Shown here in pieces: positions 7,515-15,709 of a DNA stretch of 64,000 nt (position 1 is its first letter; each line of letters starts with the position of its first letter). The notes under the pieces are model-generated. The model saw only the letters and a program-made list of their open reading frames with translations. It did no database searches and was not told the origin of the DNA. A program made the translations under genes and the position numbers. Source of the stretch: an uncultured Chloroflexia bacterium (GTDB taxonomy: Bacteria > Chloroflexota > Limnocylindria > Limnocylindrales > CSP1-4); NCBI GenBank assembly GCA_963732805.1, contig CAVTAW010000002.1, positions 446,444 to 510,443 of the forward strand. The letters run 5' to 3'.

Positions 7515-9632
7515 TTGGATCGCCTTCTCCAAAGCAAGCTCGCCGTGCCCCGCCCGTCGCAGCGCCTGATCAACAGGCCACGTCTCATCACGATGCTCGA
7601 CGGCACCCTTGCGGCGCGGCTCGTCCTGCTGTCGGCGCCGCCCGGGTTCGGCAAGACGTCGGCCCTCGTCAACTGGCTGGCCGCCTCGGGCACGAGATGC
7701 GCCTGGATCGCGCTCGACGAGGCCGACAACGATCCGGTCCGCTTCCTGCGCTACCTCTGGGCCGCCGTCGTGAGCGCCTCGGCCGACCGTGGGGGCTCAC
7801 CAGCGGCGGAAGCGCCATCTGCGGACGCGTCAGATGTGATCGGCGAGGTCGCGACGCTGCTTGCCGAACGACCCGAGCCGATCCTCCTGGTGTTCGACGA
7901 CTACCACCTCATCGAGGCAGGCGAGGCCCAGCGGGCGGTCTCGCGCCTGCTCGGGCAACTGCCCGAGCAGGCGCACCTGGTGATCGCGACGAGGGTGGAT
8001 CCGGCCCTGCCGCTGGCGCGCCTCCGGGCGCGGGGAGATCTCCTGGAGGTGCGGGCGGAGGCGCTCCGATTCACGGTCGAGGAGGCACGCTCGTTTTTCG
8101 CTGAGCGGATGGGGCTGGCCCTATCCGACGCCGATGTCGAGGCGCTCGTTGCCCGCACCGAGGGCTGGCCGGCCGTGCTCCAGCTGGCCGGCCTATCGCT
8201 CGCCGGTCGGCCGGACGTCTCGAGCTACATCCGCGACTTCGCCGGGACGCACCGTTTCGTCCTCGACTTCATCACCGAGGAGGTGCTCGGACGTCTCGAC
8301 CCGGACGTACGCGACTTCCTGCTGCGGACGTCGGTGCTGGACCGGCTCACAGGACCGCTATGCGATGCGCTCACCGGCCGAGCCGATGGTCAAGCCGTGC
8401 TCGAACGTCTCGAGCGGTCGAACTTGCTCCTGGTGCCCCTCGACGACGAGCGCCGCTGGTACCGCTACCACCGGCTGTTCGCCGACCTGCTGCGTGCCCG
8501 TCTCGCTGTCGTCCACCCGACTGAGCTCGCCCGGCTGCACCTGTGCGCGGCCGACTGGTACCTGCGCGAGGGCGCCGTCAGCGAGGCCGTCGAGCACGCC
8601 CTCCGGTCGGGGGACGCGCACCGTGCGCGAGACCTGATCGCCGGGGCATCGCCGGATCTCGTCCATCACGCGGAGTTCGCGACGCTGCGGGGCTGGATCG
8701 ACCGGCTGCCGGTCGATGCCGTCCGCTCCGATCTGCTGCTCAGCACCTTCTACGCCTACGCCCTGGCCCTGGCCGGCCAGACGGATGGCGTGGATGGCCG
8801 GCTCGCCGATGCCGAGGCTGCCCTCCCGGCGGCGCATGCGGCGAGCGACCCCCTGGCGGACACCGTGCCCGTCCACATCGCGATCATCCGCTCGGTCGCG
8901 GCCCGTCTGGAACACGACCCGGTCGCAGCGGTCGCCCACGCGGAACGGGCCTTGACGCTGGTGCCGCACGACCTCTCGCCGGAGCGCGCGGCGCTGATCG
9001 TTGGGGACGCCCAGGCGATGCTCGGCCACGCCCTGCTCGACGCCGGCGAGCTCGATCGCGCGATCGCGGCCTATCGGACGGCGCGGCCGCTGCTGCATCT
9101 GGCCGGCAACTGGCTCGGCGAGGCGGACATCACCCGCAATCTGGCCCGCCTCGAGGTGCGTCGCGGGCGACTCCGAGTGGCCCTCGCGGCGTGCGACGAG
9201 GCGCTGTCCGACGCTGCGGACGGGTCCGGGGTTGACGTGCCCGCCTGGGCTCCCGTCCATCTCGCCCGGGCCGAGGTTCTCGAGCGGATGGGCGGGCCCG
9301 GCGCGGCCGAGGCAGCCGACCGGGCCCTGGAGCTCGCGCGCCGCGGTGGGGACGTCGTGACGCTCCGCGGGGCCCGGGCGCTCCTGGAGCGGGTCAGGTC
9401 GAGGCCGAGTGCTCCATTGGGGCCATCGAAACTGGTGGAGCCGCTCACCGAGCGTGAGCTCGAGGTCCTGCGCCTCGTGGCGGCTGGGCGCTCCAATCGC
9501 CAGATCGCCGGCGAGCTCTACCTCGCGCTGGGAACGGTGAAGACCCACGTGCATGCGATCACGGGCAAGCTCGGTGCCACGAACCGGGTCGAAGCTGTGG
9601 CGGCGGCACGGGAGCTCGGCCTGCTGCCCTGA
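7515..9632 (+). CDS. LAL/MalT-type large ATP-binding LuxR-family regulator
   Basis: Walker A in LSAPPGFGKTS, a long helical repeat region, and a C-terminal LuxR HTH (LTERELEVLRLVAAGRSNRQIAGELYLALGTVKTHVHAI). The TTG start is uncertain. Confidence 0.85.
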   Translation: MDRLLQSKLAVPRPSQRLINRPRLITMLDGTLAARLVLLSAPPGFGKTSALVNWLAASGTRCAWIALDEADNDPVRFLRYLWAAVVSASADRGGSPAAEAPSADASDVIGEVATLLAERPEPILLVFDDYHLIEAGEAQRAVSRLLGQLPEQAHLVIATRVDPALPLARLRARGDLLEVRAEALRFTVEEARSFFAERMGLALSDADVEALVARTEGWPAVLQLAGLSLAGRPDVSSYIRDFAGTHRFVLDFITEEVLGRLDPDVRDFLLRTSVLDRLTGPLCDALTGRADGQAVLERLERSNLLLVPLDDERRWYRYHRLFADLLRARLAVVHPTELARLHLCAADWYLREGAVSEAVEHALRSGDAHRARDLIAGASPDLVHHAEFATLRGWIDRLPVDAVRSDLLLSTFYAYALALAGQTDGVDGRLADAEAALPAAHAASDPLADTVPVHIAIIRSVAARLEHDPVAAVAHAERALTLVPHDLSPERAALIVGDAQAMLGHALLDAGELDRAIAAYRTARPLLHLAGNWLGEADITRNLARLEVRRGRLRVALAACDEALSDAADGSGVDVPAWAPVHLARAEVLERMGGPGAAEAADRALELARRGGDVVTLRGARALLERVRSRPSAPLGPSKLVEPLTERELEVLRLVAAGRSNRQIAGELYLALGTVKTHVHAITGKLGATNRVEAVAAARELGLLP

Positions 9633-9788
9633 GCATCCCGCCCACGGTGGCGAGCTTCCGTATCGAGTGGGATCCGCGGAATCAACCCCCAGGCCAGATC
9701 CAAGGATTGATGTGCCCCGGGGGGTTTGCTCCCGATGCTGATCTCCGTCAGCCGGCACGGAGCCGGCAAGCACGGAGGGCAGCCGGCG

Positions 9789-10028
9789 ATGGATCAGCCG
9801 CTCGTCTATCGGATCCGGGTCCGCGGGCAGCTGAGCCCGCAGTGGTCCGCCTGGTTCGAGGGGCTCACCGTTGCCGAGACCGCCGGCGGCGATACCACCC
9901 TCACCGGGGAGCTCGCCGATCAGGCCGCACTCCACGGGGTGCTGGCACGTATCCGAGATCTCGGCCTCGAGCTCGTGTCCGTGGGCCTCGAGGCGGAGCA
10001 GGGCACCGCAGCAGCATCGGAGGTGTGA
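9789..10028 (+). CDS. small hypothetical protein (79 aa)
   Basis: MDQPLVYRIRVRGQLSPQWSAWFEGLTV...LTGELADQAALHGVLARIRDLGLELVSV. High GC3. Its stop lies 1 nt before the next start. Confidence 0.5.
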   Translation: MDQPLVYRIRVRGQLSPQWSAWFEGLTVAETAGGDTTLTGELADQAALHGVLARIRDLGLELVSVGLEAEQGTAAASEV

Positions 10029-10029
10029 C

Positions 10030-10446
10030 ATGCCGCAGGTTCTCGTCGCTGGTTTCGTCGTCGCGCACGGGCTGATCACCACGATGATCGGGTTCGGAGG
10101 CGCCACCAAGCCGGACGCGCCGGCGATGACCGTGCCGGCCTGGTTTGGCTGGTGGCCGGGTCCGTTCGGGCGCTCGTGGCTCATCGACGCCATGCACCTC
10201 GGCTCGGGCGCGGCGCTGATCGGGAACGGACTGTGGCTCGTCGCCGGTCTGGCCCTCCTCGCCGCCGGGCTCGGCTGGCTCGGGGTGCCCGCGCTCTCGG
10301 GCGTGTGGCAGCCGCTGGCCCTTGGTGGCGCGGCCGTGGGTCTCGTCGCGCTGGCCCTCTTCTTCCACCCCCTCTACCTGGTGGCGGTGCTGATCAATGT
10401 GGCAATCCTGGTGCTCGTCTCGCGCGCTCTCGCGCCAGCGAGCTGA
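10030..10446 (+). CDS. membrane protein, unknown function
   Basis: ATG 10030 is in frame with the tail of ORF 9871..10446. Four hydrophobic helices. Coupled to 9789..10028. Confidence 0.55.
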   Translation: MPQVLVAGFVVAHGLITTMIGFGGATKPDAPAMTVPAWFGWWPGPFGRSWLIDAMHLGSGAALIGNGLWLVAGLALLAAGLGWLGVPALSGVWQPLALGGAAVGLVALALFFHPLYLVAVLINVAILVLVSRALAPAS

Positions 10447-10582
10447 TCGGTCGGCCACCTGACAAGGACCCGGGCGTTACTCACCCGGGTCCTCTGCTTT
10501 GGGGGCCACCACTCCGCCCGCGCCCCCGGCAGATCAGGTGCCTGGCAGCCGGCGGCACGGACCGCGATCGCTACTTCCCTCC

Positions 10583-11527
10583 CTACCCGATGCTGTCAGC
10601 GAGGATGTGCACGATCGACGGCGCCACGAGGTTGCGGGTGCGCTCGAAGATCACCCCGAAGGCGAGCCCGACGACGGCCTGGTTGACGACCGTGCTCGCG
10701 AGCGCGGGCAGGACACCGACCTGGCCGGTGTTGTCGAACCCGAGCCCGAGGTGCCAGACGCCGAACACGAGCGCCTGGACGACCACGGCCCAGGCCGGGC
10801 CCCACAGCCGCCGGAGGCGCGTCTGGAATGCGCCGCGGAACAGGAACTCCTCCCAGAGCCCGTTGTTCATGAAGTTCGACACGAAGCGGCCAAGCAGCCG
10901 GCCCAACGACAGCTGACCCGAGACGAGCGCGACGGCGAAGAACGCCAACGGGATCGAGGCCCACAGCAGGAGCACCCGTCCCATGCGGTGGCCGCGCCCG
11001 AAGCCCAACGACCTCAGATGCGCCCCGGTCAGGAGCAGGACGATGAGCGGCAGGACAACGTACGTAACCGGGTTCATCACAAAGGTCGCGACGCCGAACC
11101 AGGCGTCGCCGAGGCGCCCGAGCGCGTCGACCAGCGGCGTCCACAGCGGAACCGAAACAGCCGTGACGTCGTGGTACATCAGGCCGGTCCAGCCGGTGAG
11201 CACCACGAACAGCAGGATCAGGCCGATCTGGAGGTGGATCCGTGGGCGTTCGCTCGTCGCCGCCGGAGCCGGCGGCGCGGGCTTGGTGAGCAGCACGGTC
11301 ACCAGGCTGAGCGGCAGGTAGATGCCAACCAGGATCAGGCTGCCGAACGGGAAGCCCTGGCCCGACAGCACGAGGGTCAGGGCCGCGGCCAGCCAGGCCG
11401 CGGCGAACAGCCGGGCGGGGTGCGATCCCGCAACCCACCTGAGACTGCGGCCCAGCCTCGCGCGAACGCGCAGCGCCTGGCCGCCGCCAACGGGTTGCGG
11501 GATCGATTGGGTGCCTGCCGTGGTCAT
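10583..11527 (-). CDS. CPBP-family intramembrane glutamic endopeptidase (CAAX protease-like)
   Basis: Motifs EEFLFRG, FGVWH and HILAD on a multi-TM scaffold. Confidence 0.85.
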   Translation of the reverse strand: MTTAGTQSIPQPVGGGQALRVRARLGRSLRWVAGSHPARLFAAAWLAAALTLVLSGQGFPFGSLILVGIYLPLSLVTVLLTKPAPPAPAATSERPRIHLQIGLILLFVVLTGWTGLMYHDVTAVSVPLWTPLVDALGRLGDAWFGVATFVMNPVTYVVLPLIVLLLTGAHLRSLGFGRGHRMGRVLLLWASIPLAFFAVALVSGQLSLGRLLGRFVSNFMNNGLWEEFLFRGAFQTRLRRLWGPAWAVVVQALVFGVWHLGLGFDNTGQVGVLPALASTVVNQAVVGLAFGVIFERTRNLVAPSIVHILADSIG

Positions 11528-11907
11528 GGCAACGGTTCACACGACGTGTCGCGCTCCGGAGTTGCGAAACTCACGCCATGGGCGTCCTCGAGCGTGAGCA
11601 CCGCACCTGCCGGGACTGTCCCCGAGTAGCAGCCCGGATCGAGCACCGCGCCATCCAAGGTCACGCGCCCGTCGGAGAAGCGGAGCACGACCTGCACGTC
11701 GCGGGTGAACTTCCAGGTTGAGCTGATGCTGTCCGCATCGAGGGTGTACCGGTTGCCCAGGGAGTTCTGGGCCATGCCCGTGGCGCGCTCGCCCGACGTG
11801 TCGAATGGCCGTGAAGTGAATCCGATGCTGGCTACGACGACGCCCGCGAGGACGAATACCCCGGCGAGCGCCAGCACCAGCACGACGATGCGCTTGTCGA
11901 ATCTCAT
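11524..11907 (-). CDS. N-terminally membrane-anchored hypothetical protein
   Basis: MRFDKRIVVLVLALAGVFVLAGVVVASIG is followed by a soluble domain with 2 Cys. ATGA overlap with the CPBP gene start. Confidence 0.5.
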   Translation of the reverse strand: MRFDKRIVVLVLALAGVFVLAGVVVASIGFTSRPFDTSGERATGMAQNSLGNRYTLDADSISSTWKFTRDVQVVLRFSDGRVTLDGAVLDPGCYSGTVPAGAVLTLEDAHGVSFATPERDTSCEPLP

Positions 11908-12178
11908 TGCAGCGCCCCCTTTCCCGGTGAGCAGGAGCGGTCGCCGGCATGCGCCTGAGCAGACGAGGACGCAGCGCATGGCCGACCCGCTGAGCAGCGA
12001 GGACGGCGCTGGGCTGGAGACCACAGGCGGCGCGATCGGCGCCGCACCTGACGCGGCCGGCTCCGGTGGGCGGAGCGGGAGGCTTGCTGGCCGCGCGGCC
12101 GTCCGACGCTTGTGATGGAGTCCTGTGTCCCAGTCAACGCCCGGCCGCCCGGGGCGGTCACAGGCTGGTCGTCACCGA

Positions 12179-12277
12179 ACCTCGGGGGACATCGGTCACA
12201 TTCGGCTCCAGACTCGCCACCAGCAACCACCCCGCCGCCCGTCCCCGGTAGATCAGCTGCTCGGTGGTGAGGCCGGA
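12179..12277 (-). repeat. coding-like remnant, copy A of a 33-codon paralogous segment
   Basis: The minus frame reads SGLTTEQLIYRGRAAGWLLVASLEPNVTDVPRG, versus SELTAGQLVYCGRADGWLRVSGLEPSLSASPRG at 27080..27178 (19/33 identical, no gaps). Very high GC3 in this frame. Confidence 0.45.
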
Positions 12278-12539
12278 GCGCGAGAATCGTGCCGGGTTTC
12301 CCTTCGCTCCCTGGCGCGTCACACCGCCACGACGGCGTCGGCCCGGTCCATCGCGGCTGACGTCAGGGCGCGGAGGGTCCCATCGATCACCACACGGTGC
12401 TGGGCTACCTGGCCGCCCTGGCCCGGGTGTTCGTCGCCGAGGATCTGACCGCGTGGGCGCCGGCGCTTCGATCACGGTCGATCCTGCGCAGCGCGCTGGG
12501 CACCGGGCTGGAAATTGCCAGCGGGTCCGGCATCCTCCG

Positions 12540-13811
12540 TTAGGCTTGGTCACGGGGGAGGGCGACGAAGAGCCGCTCCTCGGTAGCAAGGTGGGGTGCC
12601 CACTCGAGGCTGCCCGCGCCTGCAAAGTGCAGGTACGCGCGGAGGGCGTCCTGCATCGCGTCGACGAACCCGTCGGCGCGGCGCGGCACGAAACCATCCT
12701 CCCACCAGACGTCGAGCACCTCCACGCGGGCTCGGTCTCGGTCGATGCGTGGTTCGATCCGTCCGACGAAACGGTCGCCGAAGATGATCGGGAGCACGTA
12801 ATAGCCCCAGCGGCGCTTCGCCGGCGGGAAGAAGCCCTCCCATACGTAGTCAAAGTCGAACACGCTCGCGAGGAGGGCGGTGTCCCACAGCAGCGAGTCA
12901 AACGGGGCGATGAACGCGACGGACGGAGTCGGCTCCTGCGGCGCCTGCAACAGCGAGAGCTCCTCGGCGAGCACGAAGCGTTTGCCGCGCACGCCCTCGA
13001 CGTCGACGGGCACGAGCGCGCCGAGCTCGACCAGCTCCTTGCGCATCTCGTTGCGGACCTGCGGGTCGGCGATGCGGGCGAACGTGCCGCCGGCGCCGCC
13101 GGCGCCGAGCAGGCCGTGCGCGCGGTAGCGGGACAGGAGTTTGTGGCGAAGCTGGTCGCGGACCGGCACCTCCTGCGCGAGCACCTCGGCCGGAAGCACG
13201 CGTTCGATGAGGTCGTAAAACCGGACGTTGCCGTCGCGGCGGGCGAGGCCGATCATGCCCGCGACGGTGTACGCCTCGAGCACGGAGCGGACCGCGTTCT
13301 CCGGCATCCCGAACCAGTCCTTCGTCGCTCCGGCCTCGCCCTCGAAGTCGCGTGATGACAACGGTCCTTGTGCGCGAATCCGGTCGAGCACGCGCTCGGC
13401 AACCGTTGCATTCTCGGTGAGGGCCGCGGCGTGGAACTGCCGCCCCTTCCGGCCCGAGCTCGAACGGAACCAGGGAACCTCGCTCATGGGGACGAACGAC
13501 AGCGCCTTGTTGGTCGTCTCGAAGATCTCGCGGCGTTCGTACAGCTCGTCGCACCAATCGGGCTCGTACCCGGCGACGCGCGCGTGCAGCACGAGGTCGT
13601 GGTTCCGGCCGGCGACCGCGATCGGGTCGAATTGGATCGACCCGAGCCTTCGGAAGACCTCGAGCACCCCGTCGAGGTCTCCCGCGAGAGACCGCGCAGG
13701 CGCGAGAAAGTGCCGGGCGACAAGAAAGCGACGCGCTGCCTCGGCCGTGACCTTCACCTGGAAGACACTAGCTCGCTCCGGTCGACCACGCTTACTGCGC
13801 CGCCGCGGCAT
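12540..13811 (-). CDS. YcaQ-like (HTH_42 superfamily) DNA glycosylase, paralog 1
   Basis: 423 aa. N-terminus AARRFLVARHFL...LDGVLEVFRRLGSIQFDPI carries a Q-F-D motif. C-terminal RRWGYYVLPIIFGDRFVGRIEPRIDR. Confidence 0.85.
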   Translation of the reverse strand: MPRRRSKRGRPERASVFQVKVTAEAARRFLVARHFLAPARSLAGDLDGVLEVFRRLGSIQFDPIAVAGRNHDLVLHARVAGYEPDWCDELYERREIFETTNKALSFVPMSEVPWFRSSSGRKGRQFHAAALTENATVAERVLDRIRAQGPLSSRDFEGEAGATKDWFGMPENAVRSVLEAYTVAGMIGLARRDGNVRFYDLIERVLPAEVLAQEVPVRDQLRHKLLSRYRAHGLLGAGGAGGTFARIADPQVRNEMRKELVELGALVPVDVEGVRGKRFVLAEELSLLQAPQEPTPSVAFIAPFDSLLWDTALLASVFDFDYVWEGFFPPAKRRWGYYVLPIIFGDRFVGRIEPRIDRDRARVEVLDVWWEDGFVPRRADGFVDAMQDALRAYLHFAGAGSLEWAPHLATEERLFVALPRDQA

Positions 13812-13973
13812 CCGACCACATCACCGCCCCCGACGAGGTGACGGCAGGCCTGGACGCGGTGCTCGCGGATGTCGGCGACCCCGGCGCCGACGAGTTCACT
13901 GCCGCGGCCGCCCGCCGCACGCTCGGCGCCAACGAGTGGTGATCGCCCAGGGCGAGGTCTGGGGGGCGGGCCA

Positions 13974-14173
13974 TGAACCTGCCGTTCGGGACCGCGGACG
14001 AGGCCGCGGCCGTTGCAGAGAGCATGGTGCAGCCCATCGAGCCCGGTGCGTACCCCAACCTCGTCGCGATGATCGAGCACGCCATGCAGCCCGGCTATGA
14101 CTATGGCAACGAGTTCGGGTACGGGCTCGAGCTGATCCTCGACGGGCTCGAGAAGGTGCTGGATCCGGCCTGA
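13974..14173 (+). pseudogene. orphan 3' fragment of a TetR-family gene (copy 2 of the 226-bp repeat spans 13974..14199)
   Basis: Encodes (M)[65 protein letters not shown], which matches the last 65 aa of the gene at 1..524. An in-frame TGA at 13940-13942 lies just upstream and there is no HTH part. Confidence 0.85.
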
Positions 14174-14348
14174 GTCCTTGCCGCCTCGAGCGGTCTCAGG
14201 CAGCTCGGCGGCGCCATGTGCCGCTCCCGCAGTCTGCTCCCGACCCACCCGGGCGCCGGTCCGGACCACGATCCCGCCACGAGCGGCGAGTGGTCCGGAC
14301 CGGTCGGGATCGCGGCTGTATGGTCGTCCGACTCTGTCCCGCGACGTG

Positions 14349-14816
14349 TCAATCGCTCCGTGGCTCCAGGATGACGACCTGGGTCTGCCGTGATCGCAGG
14401 GCGGCGTAGGCATCGAGCCGCTTGTTGTAGACGGCCCACCCGGCCCACAGGCGGGGCCGTTCGTCGTCGTCCGCGGCGCGTCCGCGGACGGGCCGCGACC
14501 CGTCGACGAGGTCGACCGTGGCATCCGGCTGCGCCAGGAGGTTGAGCCACCACGCGGGCTCGGGATCGGCCCAGCCGTTCATGGCCTTCGTGACGAGGTT
14601 GGCCCCGTCCTCGATGTAGCCGAGGATGGCGACGCGTTCCTCGCCACTGCGGCGCCCCACCGTCCGCAGCCGGAGCATCCCCCAGCGCTCGGTGGTCGGG
14701 CGTCGCAGGCCGCGCCGCCCGCCCGTGACCGAGCAGATGGCTCGGTGGCCCACCCACGCGGCGCGGATGAACCAGCGGGGCGGGAGGGCCGCCGGTCGCC
14801 TCGTCTGCGTCGTCAC
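14349..14816 (-). CDS. nitroreductase-family deazaflavin (F420)-dependent oxidoreductase (DDN/DUF385-like)
   Basis: 155 aa. GMLRLRTVGRRSGEERVAILGYIEDGANLVTKAMNGWADPEPAWWLNLLAQP is typical of this family. GTGA overlap with the upstream DUF4386 gene. Confidence 0.7.
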   Translation of the reverse strand: MTTQTRRPAALPPRWFIRAAWVGHRAICSVTGGRRGLRRPTTERWGMLRLRTVGRRSGEERVAILGYIEDGANLVTKAMNGWADPEPAWWLNLLAQPDATVDLVDGSRPVRGRAADDDERPRLWAGWAVYNKRLDAYAALRSRQTQVVILEPRSD

Positions 14817-15559
14817 GCCGACTGCGCTCCTGCCAGTGCGGTCGCACTCGCTGGCGCCGTCGCGGTGACCGGCGACGGGGCGACTGCCCGTGGATCGAAC
14901 CCCTTGGCGATCAGCCAGGCCGCCATGACCATCTCCTGCAGGAAGATGGGAAACGCCAGGACCACCTGGGGCGACGACATCGGTTCGATGATCCCGAGCA
15001 TGACGAGGACGCCGGACGCCATGACCAGGACGATCGCCAGGATGCCCCATGCCGACAGCCATCGGGGGACGAGTCGCGACCGATAGAAGACCCAGTAGTA
15101 CATGAGCGCCCCGACGCCGAAGGCCAGCACCGACACCTGGCTCAGCGAATCGCGGGCTGCCATCACGAACGCGGCTGGGGCCTCGTAGATCGATGAGGCC
15201 CGAGTGCCAGCATTCGCGGATTCGCGGCTCACGGCCACCAGGATCAGCAGGCAGACAACGATGCCGAGATAGAACGTGCCTTCGATGAGCCTGAAGCCGA
15301 CCGACCCAAGGGCCAGAGCTTCGTCTTGCTGCCTCAGGACCGGGTACAGGGCGATGGCGATCCCGGCCGCCGAAACGGCCCCGACCAACAGGAAGAGCGC
15401 TCCCAGCAGGACCTGGCCTTCGCTGGCCGAGATCCTGGTGAGGTAGTCGGGGGCGCCGAGGATCGGCTGCACAAACACCGCGCGCGAGATGATGTCGGCG
15501 ACCGTCGCAGCGATCCACAGCACTCCCGCAGCGACGGCGAACCTTCGGTTCGAATTCAT
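14813..15559 (-). CDS. DUF4386-family membrane protein (paralog 1)
   Basis: 248 aa, 6 TM. The layout (RRFAVAAGVLWI...ALYPVLR...YRSRLVPRWLSAWGI) is shared with 18416..19168 and 25410..26234. Confidence 0.7.
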   Translation of the reverse strand: MNSNRRFAVAAGVLWIAATVADIISRAVFVQPILGAPDYLTRISASEGQVLLGALFLLVGAVSAAGIAIALYPVLRQQDEALALGSVGFRLIEGTFYLGIVVCLLILVAVSRESANAGTRASSIYEAPAAFVMAARDSLSQVSVLAFGVGALMYYWVFYRSRLVPRWLSAWGILAIVLVMASGVLVMLGIIEPMSSPQVVLAFPIFLQEMVMAAWLIAKGFDPRAVAPSPVTATAPASATALAGAQSA

Positions 15560-15709
15560 CTTCCTTGCTCCTGTTCTTGGGGCAGGCCCACCTGGCCCGG
15601 TCCCGCGTCATGCCCGCCACGCTAGGGCCCACGGGGGAGCACCGGCATCGATGGGATTCGTGATCCGGTAACGATTTGACCGGGATCGGCTCTCACGGTC
15701 CGGAGTACC

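Noticed and set aside
8358-10193. 611-aa minus-strand ORF, and similar long antisense ORFs (for example 2980..4155, 37193..39430, 44004..45950, 52263..53969, 60557..62098, 35235..36857)
   Set aside because: They lie opposite genes with strong family motifs. They are Arg/Pro/Gly/Asp-rich with no motifs, and they have the composition expected of stop-free antisense frames in GC-rich DNA.
15547-15557. GGTTCGAATTC, resembling a tRNA T-loop
   Set aside because: It lies inside the first codons of the DUF4386 gene (MNSNRRF on the minus strand). No acceptor, anticodon or D-arm structure surrounds it. I found no tRNA-like cloverleaf anywhere in the window.
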